DNA from: Patescibacteria group bacterium
GTDB taxonomy: Bacteria > Patescibacteriota > Patescibacteriia > JAHJFT01
Direction of reading: 5' to 3'
DNA length: 33,075 bases
NCBI GenBank assembly: GCA_028710985.1
Contig: JAQTTB010000003.1
Coordinates: forward strand, 1 to 33,075
Part shown: positions 1 through 6,076 of the stretch, piece after piece
How the letters are laid out: the number at the start of each line of letters is the position of its first letter
Position numbering within the stretch: the first letter of the stretch is position 1
Position numbers and translations under genes: made by a program
Notes under the pieces: generated by a model
What the model saw: the letters and a program-made list of their open reading frames with translations, nothing else
Told to the model about the DNA's origin: nothing
Databases searched by the model: none

Positions 1-93
1 TTCCTGCATCGCATAAGATGATGCCGAGGCGGTATGCAGTTCGACGCCCTTTTCCATTTGTTCGGTTTGCACCAAAGAATTTTCGTTCGTCAT
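1..93 (-). CDS. hypothetical protein, N-terminal 31 codons only (runs off the left edge)
   Basis: ATG at 93..91 with AAAGGAAAG 4-5 nt upstream. The frame stays open to base 1 (MTNENSLVQTEQMEKGVELH...). Same strand and packing as its neighbours. Confidence 0.4.
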   Translation of the reverse strand, partial: MTNENSLVQTEQMEKGVELHTASASSYAMQE

Positions 94-108
94 CAGACTT
101 TCCTTTGT

Positions 109-510
109 TTAAGGTTTTAGGGTTTCAATTAATTTAAAATTGATAACTTCTCGGTTAAGAATCCACGATTCAATAAATTCTTCTCTGAACCACCAATTCT
201 CCTCTGTTGATAATCCCGCAATATATTGATTCTTGAAATCAACATAGTACCCATCGGCCAGATTCCCCAATTCCTTAATCGGCATCAGGCCGTCCGGGTT
301 ATCGGCATAGGCCAGATAGTCGATCATTATCGCCCGCGCCAAGTCCGTCGCGCCCGGCGTATGCTGGCCCCAATCAAATTCGTCCCGCGTAAACTTATGG
401 AAATTCGGCAAGGGATACGACCGGATGATGGTGCCGTCGTCATCTTGATGTTCGACCACGACGATACTGTGGCCGTTCACTCGTCGGCCATGATAGATTT
501 TATTGGGCAT
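109..510 (-). CDS. hypothetical phage protein, DUF6166-like (function unknown)
   Basis: Lies in ORF-track frame 109..570. I prefer the ATG at 510, which has GGAGATAAAT upstream and sits 2 nt after the stop of the preceding gene at 513. IYHGRR...FDWGQHTPGATDLARAIMIDYL resembles DUF6166 as I remember it; not verified. Confidence 0.6.
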   Translation of the reverse strand: MPNKIYHGRRVNGHSIVVVEHQDDDGTIIRSYPLPNFHKFTRDEFDWGQHTPGATDLARAIMIDYLAYADNPDGLMPIKELGNLADGYYVDFKNQYIAGLSTEENWWFREEFIESWILNREVINFKLIETLKP

Positions 511-512
511 AT

Positions 513-1355
513 TTATCTCCCACTCCAGAACGGGCATGACCGACTGTACCCGCAATACCGGGCAGAACAACTGAATGGATGTTCCGGGTCAGCCGGGGCA
601 AAGACGGCCTTGCCTTCTTTAACGGTTTCGATAATGATGATAGCCCGTTCAATGCGGGCGAGAATCCGGTTGAGCCAGATTTTTTCGGGGACGGCCTCGA
701 AGGGCACGGCCTTCGGAACTTTCGTTTTTATCAAAGCATAAATTTTAACTAACTCCGGCAATGTCCCGGATAAAGCCTTATCCAATGACCCGGAGTACCA
801 GCCCAGCGTGTACATATCCATTTGCGGCGATATGGCCGGATTGCCCGCCGGTGTCGCCGCTTTGGTTTTCACGTCGCCAAGCCTTTTGCTTTCCCGCAGG
901 TCAATCGTCCCCGCCAGATCAAAGGGATAGCCTTCCAATGTTACGACAAACTTTTCCTCCACCTGCACCGGATTGATTTCCGGCGCGAAGTTGTCGTAAT
1001 GACATAACGCAAGACTGATTGACTGGTCTATCATGTCGCCCTGTGTTCGGGTAACATTGACAGCCTCGGCGTCCGTCAGGATGACCCCTTCATGCCAAAG
1101 GGCGAGGGCCTCATCCCGCGCATGGTCGGCAACGGCTTCACGCGGCAGAAGCGCGCCGGTTTCGATTTTCGTCCGCAGATTCTTTTCGACTGACCGATGC
1201 ACGGTCGAGCCGGTGGCCAGCGCAATCGACGGCGGCACGATTTCTTCCTGATGCCAGACACCGAAGCGGGCACCATATCGCCGTTGGAAAGCGATACCGC
1301 ACCGGGAGAGCATGTCGAGCATTGAGACATGCAGTTGGGGTTTAGGTTCGGTCAC
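513..1355 (-). CDS. Cas4/RecB-like PD-(D/E)XK exonuclease with Fe-S cysteine ligands
   Basis: Nuclease motifs GTIDL (Asp), DVKTK (D/E-x-K) and QMDMY (QxxxY). One N-terminal Cys (LSRCG) and three C-terminal Cys (CSARYCGYSRSC). GTG start overlaps the upstream stop (GTGA), with GGAGGGG SD 5-6 nt upstream. Confidence 0.8.
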   Translation of the reverse strand: MTEPKPQLHVSMLDMLSRCGIAFQRRYGARFGVWHQEEIVPPSIALATGSTVHRSVEKNLRTKIETGALLPREAVADHARDEALALWHEGVILTDAEAVNVTRTQGDMIDQSISLALCHYDNFAPEINPVQVEEKFVVTLEGYPFDLAGTIDLRESKRLGDVKTKAATPAGNPAISPQMDMYTLGWYSGSLDKALSGTLPELVKIYALIKTKVPKAVPFEAVPEKIWLNRILARIERAIIIIETVKEGKAVFAPADPEHPFSCSARYCGYSRSCPFWSGR

Positions 1356-1654
1356 TTTGTCCCCTCCGCTTTGGCAAGGGCGGCGATTGCGGCTTTTATC
1401 GCCAAGGCCAACATAAAGTCTTTAGAATTGTCCGTTCTGCCGTATGCGGCAATAATTACCTCTATCGCTTCCACCAATTCCGGGAGTGCCGTTTCCCGGT
1501 CGATAATAGAGGCGTATTTTATTACATTGTCATAATCTATGATATTCATTTCTTCGAGGCGTGGTAAAGTATCATATTGATCAGTTGTAATATCTCGATT
1601 ATAATAAATATCTATCGCCGCTCTTATCGCGGCGGGAGTGGGTTGGTTACTCAT
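1352..1654 (-). CDS. hypothetical protein
   Basis: Lies in ORF-track frame 1352..1705. The ATG at 1654 has GGAGG 6 nt upstream and overlaps the previous gene by 8 nt, so it is the preferred start. Confidence 0.6.
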   Translation of the reverse strand: MSNQPTPAAIRAAIDIYYNRDITTDQYDTLPRLEEMNIIDYDNVIKYASIIDRETALPELVEAIEVIIAAYGRTDNSKDFMLALAIKAAIAALAKAEGTK

Positions 1655-1997
1655 GGTTTGCCTCCGGTCTATCAATATTAAAATGAGCATATCGCGCCAT
1701 TCCATCTCTCACCACTTTCTCGATGGCTTGTTTCAAATCATCTTTAATCATACTGCAAAATAACGTCAATTCCTTATCACTCAATTGACGCGCAAAAACA
1801 CTTTCGGCCTCGGTTTGAATATTCCTTATTACGGGAATTCCCGATTGAAATAATTCAATAAAACCAAGCGCGTCCTTTTGGTTTATCATCCATTTCCAAA
1901 TAGTATCACATAAAATTATCATTTGTTCTTCTATTGCCCTTTGGTATGGAGTCAAACCATCATCGGTATTACATCCCGGCGGAAAATTAGAGGCCAT
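1647..1997 (-). CDS. hypothetical protein
   Basis: Lies in ORF-track frame 1647..2048. The ATG at 1997 has GAGGGAA 6 nt upstream and overlaps the previous gene by 11 nt, so it is the preferred start. Confidence 0.6.
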   Translation of the reverse strand: MASNFPPGCNTDDGLTPYQRAIEEQMIILCDTIWKWMINQKDALGFIELFQSGIPVIRNIQTEAESVFARQLSDKELTLFCSMIKDDLKQAIEKVVRDGMARYAHFNIDRPEANHE

Positions 1998-2322
1998 TTG
2001 TTCCCTCGATTCTGGCGATAAGAGCCTTACATTTTTCAATCCAAGCAATAAAAACCGGGTCTTTTGACCGTGCCCAAATTTTGAGCAGTTCCAGCATTTC
2101 CGGCGCGGCGACGATTAGCCGGGCGTTGGCAAGTTTTACCGGAATGGAATCGGGTCTACGTAGTCGCCAATTAGGACTGTCAATTTCGGCGATTATAATA
2201 CCACGATAATCACCTGAACCAGCATTGGACTCAAAATCTTTTGTCCGAATTGATAAATCCGTAATTTCAATTACCCAAGGCCCCGGCGTGTGTTTTTGTT
2301 CTGCCGGGTTTGATTCGTTCAT
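1987..2322 (-). CDS. hypothetical phage protein with HTPGPW ... ANARLIVAAPEMLELL motifs
   Basis: ATG at 2322 with GAAAGGAA SD. The TPGPW and AAAPEMLE motif pair recurs in small phage early proteins of unknown function. Confidence 0.65.
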   Translation of the reverse strand: MNESNPAEQKHTPGPWVIEITDLSIRTKDFESNAGSGDYRGIIIAEIDSPNWRLRRPDSIPVKLANARLIVAAPEMLELLKIWARSKDPVFIAWIEKCKALIARIEGTNGL

Positions 2323-2337
2323 AGGACGTTCCTTTCG

Positions 2338-2505
2338 TTAAGGTTTAGTTTTCTTCAGGGTTATAACCGATCTTTCTTGGTCGATTGATATTTCCAGCCG
2401 GTCGCCAAAGCCCCATTTGAGCAAGCGCAGTATCCCCGGCGCGAGATTGATCGCCCCGTCTTTTCTGATTTGATAAGGCTTATGCCATTTGATAATTGAG
2501 TTCAA
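2338..2505 (-). CDS. AbrB/SpoVT (MazE-like) looped-hinge-helix DNA-binding protein, 55 aa
   Basis: Not on the ORF track because it is under 60 aa. TTG start at 2505 with AAAGGAG 5 nt upstream and TAA stop at 2340..2338. Translation: LNSIIKWHKPYQIRKDGAINLAPGILRLLKWGFGDRLEISIDQERSVITLKKTKP. It is the first gene after the promoter-like site. Confidence 0.6.
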   Translation of the reverse strand: MNSIIKWHKPYQIRKDGAINLAPGILRLLKWGFGDRLEISIDQERSVITLKKTKP

Positions 2506-2535
2506 TTGGACTCCTTTCTTGATTATCTATCGGCA

Positions 2536-2564
2536 AAGATATAAATACCTTGACAAAATGTCAA
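2536..2564 (-). promoter_or_regulatory. sigma70-like promoter for the leftward AbrB operon
   Basis: The minus strand reads TTGACA (2564..2559), a 17-nt spacer, then TATCTT (2541..2536), about 30 nt upstream of the AbrB-like start. The -35 lies inside the 2548..2566 palindrome. Confidence 0.45.
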
Positions 2565-2566
2565 GG
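2548..2566. promoter_or_regulatory. perfect inverted repeat CCTTGACA-AAA-TGTCAAGG (candidate operator)
   Basis: 8-bp arms with a 3-bp spacer, read directly. It overlaps the -35 hexamer of the putative promoter. Confidence 0.5.
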
Positions 2567-2593
2567 AAAATCTTTTTGTTTTGCAAAGATTTT
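2567..2593. promoter_or_regulatory. inverted repeat AAAATCTTT-N9-AAAGATTTT directly upstream of the promoter
   Basis: 9-bp perfect AT-rich arms, abutting the operator palindrome. Could be a second operator, an UP-like element or a weak hairpin. Confidence 0.3.
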
Positions 2594-2768
2594 TCTTTTA
2601 AAAGGGCAAAATAAGGCCGAATCGCTGAAAAGGCCCCTGCCGTCGCGTCTGGGCGATTTTGGTCGGTTAAAGCCTCTCCATACCCACGAAGGGTATAAAA
2701 CCTTAATTTACCCAGTTTCCGGCGGCCCAAAATTTTTATAGAGGCCCTTCGTTATGGCAAAACCCCGG

Positions 2769-2786
2769 ATGTTTCACGTGAAACAT
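2769..2786. promoter_or_regulatory. perfect 18-bp palindrome ATGTTTCACGTGAAACAT
   Basis: Read directly. Non-coding, located between the late-operon terminator and the AbrB promoter. Confidence 0.35.
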
Positions 2787-2794
2787 TGATATTT

Positions 2795-2829
2795 AAAGAA
2801 AAACCCCCTGTCCCGTCCGAAACAGGGGG
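2795..2829 (-). terminator. rho-independent terminator ending the late (structural and lysis) operon
   Basis: Minus-strand RNA forms CCCCCTGT, a 10-nt loop and ACAGGGGG (8-bp GC-rich stem), followed by TTTTTCTTT. It lies 120 nt downstream of the last lysis-cassette gene. Confidence 0.65.
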
Positions 2830-2865
2830 ATATGTCAGGAGATTCCCCGGCAGGTTTTACCCTAC

Positions 2866-2922
2866 CTATTTTTTAGGTTTCTTTCCACCGGGTTTTCCGC
2901 CCGGCCTTTTTCCGCATCCCAA
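2866..2922 (-). CDS. candidate 18-aa cationic micro-ORF (MGCGKRPGGKPGGKKPKK)
   Basis: A 14-nt perfect anti-16S SD, AAAGGAGGTGATCC (complement of 2924..2937), sits 15 nt after the preceding stop. TTG at 2922 follows the GGAGGT core by 6 nt, and the stop is TAG at 2868..2866. An alternative ATG at 2917 gives the 14-aa peptide MRKKAGRKTRWKET. Confidence 0.2.
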   Translation of the reverse strand: MGCGKRPGGKPGGKKPKK

Positions 2923-2951
2923 AGGATCACCTCCTTTCGGTTAAAAAGGAT

Positions 2952-3467
2952 TTACATATTTAGAACCAGCCCGACCACCACGACCCCAAGAGTCTGGGGG
3001 GCGTCCTTACCTCGAAATATAAGATCGCCGGATATGAACATATCTACCGCCGGAATCTCAAAACCGCCAAAGACAGGCAAGTCTTTTAATAGGGTCGGTT
3101 TATATAATTCGATCCCGACCGTCCAGTTAATGTCCTTGTTCTCATAGTCCGCAACTTCGTAGTCGATGTCGCCGTGGATACCAAGCCGCAGTTCCCATAA
3201 TTGGGTCTGGGTATATCCGATGGCTCCGATGGATAAGTTATCCAGATTCTTGGCCCCGAAATTCAATTTACTGAATAAGGCCCGGCCCTCGACTTCAAAA
3301 TGTTTCGGCGAGATGGTAATCAGGTCGCCCTGGAATCCGGTCATTAAATGGATACCCGGCTCCCCGGAGTAATCGCTGAACGATCCCCCGACACCAAGAA
3401 CCGTCGCGGCCTGTGGCGCGGAACATAGGGCCAGTAGGGTTAGAAGCAAAAAGATTTTACGAAACAT
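2952..3467 (-). CDS. exported beta-strand-rich protein, outer-membrane beta-barrel-like
   Basis: Preferred ATG at 3467 with GGAGG 5 nt upstream. Signal-peptide-like MFRKIFLLLTLLALCSAPQAA is followed by about 8 alternating hydrophobic/polar segments. It is the last long gene of the lysis cassette. Confidence 0.6.
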   Translation of the reverse strand: MFRKIFLLLTLLALCSAPQAATVLGVGGSFSDYSGEPGIHLMTGFQGDLITISPKHFEVEGRALFSKLNFGAKNLDNLSIGAIGYTQTQLWELRLGIHGDIDYEVADYENKDINWTVGIELYKPTLLKDLPVFGGFEIPAVDMFISGDLIFRGKDAPQTLGVVVVGLVLNM

Positions 3468-3777
3468 TAGAACCTCCATTCCCAGCATTTATTTGTTTCA
3501 CCGTCTTAACTACCGCATGAGTGAATTCCGGCAATTTAGCGGCCACGAATCCCAGTACAAAACTCCAGAATACCTGCCCCTCCATCGGTGCCCCGGTTAA
3601 TTTTATAGCCCCGTAAGCCGTTGCCCCGATAGTAACCGTCGCCACGATTGCATAGAACCACGGTGCGTCGGCCAGACTGGTTTTTTGCAACAAATTCTTG
3701 AGCCACGCTATCATCGGCACCACGATTATCCCGGCCAGGGATATCGTTATTTGTTGCCACGTTTGGATATCTTCCAA
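3457..3777 (-). CDS. holin-like membrane protein (about 3 hydrophobic helices)
   Basis: TTG start at 3777 with AAAGGAG 6 nt upstream. Hydrophobic segments are ITISLAGIIVVPMIAWL, WFYAIVATVTIGATAYGAI and VFWSFVLGFVAA. It lies immediately downstream of the endolysin. Confidence 0.55.
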   Translation of the reverse strand: MEDIQTWQQITISLAGIIVVPMIAWLKNLLQKTSLADAPWFYAIVATVTIGATAYGAIKLTGAPMEGQVFWSFVLGFVAAKLPEFTHAVVKTVKQINAGNGGSNVS

Positions 3778-3793
3778 AACATACTCCTTTCTT

Positions 3794-4234
3794 TCAGACC
3801 ATTATCGTCTGAAATTCCATGTAATATTTCCACACATTGGCGGCATAATCGGAACCCAACGGCAGGCCCTTCTGGACATTACCTACCCCGGCGTTATAAG
3901 CCTGTGCCACTTTCCGCCAATCGGTCGTTTCCAGAAAATCGGCGCACCAGCGCAGATACCACGTTCCGACCATGATATTAACCATGTAATCAAAATAAAC
4001 ATCGGCCATATTCAAAGAACTATTCGTTCCCTTATTGTACTGATCGAGGGCCGGTTGGGTTATCTGCATCAAGCCGAAATCGGGCGTCGTGCCGATAGCC
4101 GAAACGTCGCCGCGCGTTTCCTGTTTAATTACGGCAAGAATAAGGGCCGGGGGAATTTTGAAGGTCTCCCCAAAACTTTTGGCCATCGGGCCATAGAGGG
4201 CCAGGATTTCTTTATCGCGTAACGCGCGCATCAT
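3794..4234 (-). CDS. endolysin, SLT-domain lytic transglycosylase
   Basis: SLT motifs KQETRGD (catalytic Glu), GLMQIT and AQAYNAGVGN. There is no N-terminal hydrophobic segment. AAGGAGG SD is followed by tandem ATGs, so the start is 4234 or 4231. Confidence 0.85.
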   Translation of the reverse strand: MMRALRDKEILALYGPMAKSFGETFKIPPALILAVIKQETRGDVSAIGTTPDFGLMQITQPALDQYNKGTNSSLNMADVYFDYMVNIMVGTWYLRWCADFLETTDWRKVAQAYNAGVGNVQKGLPLGSDYAANVWKYYMEFQTIMV

Positions 4235-4529
4235 GCCTCCTTATTTTATTCAGCAACCAATACGGAAACCAATGCCAAAAACTTACCGTCCGGTAATAGC
4301 CGGATTGTTTTATTTCATCTTTTTGAATAATGTGCTGGGCAAGGTCGTCGAGAGTATTCCATACGCCGATTATAAACAGGGTCAGCACAATCCACAAGGG
4401 CCAATGGGTCGCCATGAGAATCAAGAACGACAGGCCCATAATAATAAACCCGTGCCAGAAGTGATGGACTTCCCAGAATGAGAATTGCCCTTTATTGTGC
4501 GGCCCGGTGTCGCGGAAATACCAGCCCAT
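4212..4529 (-). CDS. holin-like membrane protein (2 helices, highly charged C-terminus)
   Basis: ATG at 4529 with GGAG 6 nt upstream, 2 nt after the stop of the upstream gene. Helices are FWHGFIIMGLSFLILMA and WPLWIVLTLFIIGVW. The C-terminus is KIRRHDARVTR. Confidence 0.55.
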   Translation of the reverse strand: MGWYFRDTGPHNKGQFSFWEVHHFWHGFIIMGLSFLILMATHWPLWIVLTLFIIGVWNTLDDLAQHIIQKDEIKQSGYYRTVSFWHWFPYWLLNKIRRHDARVTR

Positions 4530-4531
4530 TA

Positions 4532-6076
4532 TTATCTCCACCGCCGCAGGTCGGCGAATTGAATCGATGTTGTGGTATCCGTCACTTCACAGTACCACGG
4601 TCTCTCGATAATCGAGCCGTAACGGTCACGGAACACCGCTTTGTAATAAGAGGCCGTATCGGAAAGGTCGCCGTTGGCATAGAGGGGCAGGCTGAAATAT
4701 CCCGACGCATTGGCCGTATCCGTGACGACCCGTTGCGCGATCAGACTATCCTGAAAAGTTATAAGGCTTCCGGTTAGGGTATCCGAATAAGAAGTTTTCA
4801 ATTCAAAAGTAACCACGGCATAAGGATAAGGTTGGCCTGCCGGATTAAAGAGCGTGCCATAAACGGTCGTCTTGTTGGCCGCCGAAGTATATGTCCAGAG
4901 GGTATCGGTGCCGGTGCCGGTTATGGTGATGGTATCCATTATTTGCTGGTACCCGGGCGCAACGGAAAAGATGACCCAGGTTCCGGCATTTAATTGGAGC
5001 CAGGCCTTGCCGGTATTATCGGTTAGGTCATAATAAGCCGTGCCCGTCTGCGCCGAATTATTGGCATAGACAGCCGCCAGATTTAAGGCCGTAGTATCGC
5101 CCGCACTGGAATCAAGCAGGACGATATATCGGGCATAGGCCCCGTCGCCGTAGGCACACGAGCCAGACCCGGCGGAGGCGGCGGCAACCAAAAGGGAATC
5201 CCAGTAATAGGTATTCGCGCCCATAAGGTCGGCCACAGCCATACGGATAAGGCGGTATTTGACGGTATCGGCCATCTTACCGATATCGGCTTCGGAAATA
5301 GAGGCCACGTTTCCGGCCGTACTGACTGCCGCGTCGAGTAAATCCATTAAGGTATCCCCGAAAGTGCCGTCGGTCGATACCCAATACTGCACGCCCGCCG
5401 CCCAAATTTTAGCCCGCATCGCGGAATCGGCAAGTGCCGCAATCAAGTCATCACGTTGCGTGGTTGACCAGGTCTCGCTCGTCAAAGTCCGCGTCGCATA
5501 AGCCCAGACCTGGGCCTCATTGGTGTAATCCTGCGTCGCGGGATTCCAACCATCGAGATTGGCCACTTCGCTTTGAAGGGCCAGAGCCGAAACATTGGCC
5601 TTGAAAACATCCTCGTTCGCGCCGTTCGTAAAATAATTATAAACATCGGCGGCACTGTGGGTGCTGAATCCGGTCGCTTTGAAGTTTCCCTTATTGGCAT
5701 CGGCGATGGCATTTTCCAGCGAATCATCGGCCATGAAACCGGTCAATTCGACGGTGCCGCAAACACTGTCTTTCAAGGCGCCGCTATGGAAATAGGCCAC
5801 GACATCAAGACCCAGATTATCATACGCGCTTAAATCCTGATCAATCGTATCTTTGATAAAGGCCGATACCAATCCGCCCAGAGGTGGCCGGGTAGCGTTG
5901 GCCGTTATCGTGCGGATGTTATACGCCAGATATTTGATATGATATTTCAGGGAATCGGGGATGGCATATTCCCCGGTATAGGGGGAATAGCAAACGATCC
6001 TGATAGGATAGTATGGCTGGGCCGTCCCCATCAAGACCAACAAAAGCATCCCCAGTACGATGATTATTTTTTTCAT
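4532..6076 (-). CDS. signal-peptide-bearing fibre/receptor-binding-like protein with C-terminal beta-sandwich (carboxypeptidase-regulatory-like) modules
   Basis: N-terminus is MKKIIIVLGMLLLVLMGTAQP. The ATG at 6076 overlaps the upstream stop (ATGA). C-terminal segments such as DNTGKAWLQLNAGTWVIFSVAPGY and VYGTLFNPAGQPYPYAVVTFEL look like prealbumin-fold modules. Confidence 0.6.
   Translation of the reverse strand: MKKIIIVLGMLLLVLMGTAQPYYPIRIVCYSPYTGEYAIPDSLKYHIKYLAYNIRTITANATRPPLGGLVSAFIKDTIDQDLSAYDNLGLDVVAYFHSGALKDSVCGTVELTGFMADDSLENAIADANKGNFKATGFSTHSAADVYNYFTNGANEDVFKANVSALALQSEVANLDGWNPATQDYTNEAQVWAYATRTLTSETWSTTQRDDLIAALADSAMRAKIWAAGVQYWVSTDGTFGDTLMDLLDAAVSTAGNVASISEADIGKMADTVKYRLIRMAVADLMGANTYYWDSLLVAAASAGSGSCAYGDGAYARYIVLLDSSAGDTTALNLAAVYANNSAQTGTAYYDLTDNTGKAWLQLNAGTWVIFSVAPGYQQIMDTITITGTGTDTLWTYTSAANKTTVYGTLFNPAGQPYPYAVVTFELKTSYSDTLTGSLITFQDSLIAQRVVTDTANASGYFSLPLYANGDLSDTASYYKAVFRDRYGSIIERPWYCEVTDTTTSIQFADLRRWR

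Noticed and set aside
2527-2741. ORFs 2527..2730 (-) and 2550..2741 (+) in the large intergenic gap, considered as a possible divergent repressor pair.
   Set aside because: Both start at TTG without any SD. They run through the promoter, the palindromes and the hairpins, and they encode basic low-complexity peptides. The region is better explained as regulatory DNA.
2590-2790. A tRNA or tmRNA-like gene in the largest non-coding gap.
   Set aside because: No GTTCGAATC-type T-loop or cloverleaf arrangement is visible on either strand, only isolated short hairpins.
2924-2937. The plus strand reads GGATCACCTCCTTT, identical to the 3' terminus of bacterial 16S rRNA, which could suggest an rRNA gene fragment.
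   Set aside because: Only 14 nt match, and nothing rRNA-like lies upstream. On the coding (minus) strand it is simply a maximal Shine-Dalgarno sequence placed 15 nt after a stop codon.
3536-3760. A 74-aa ORF embedded out of frame in the holin-like gene, considered as a possible Rz1-type embedded o-spanin.
   Set aside because: It has no signal peptide and no lipobox (L-x-x-C near the N-terminus). Its composition is Gly/Arg-rich and typical of an off-frame artefact.
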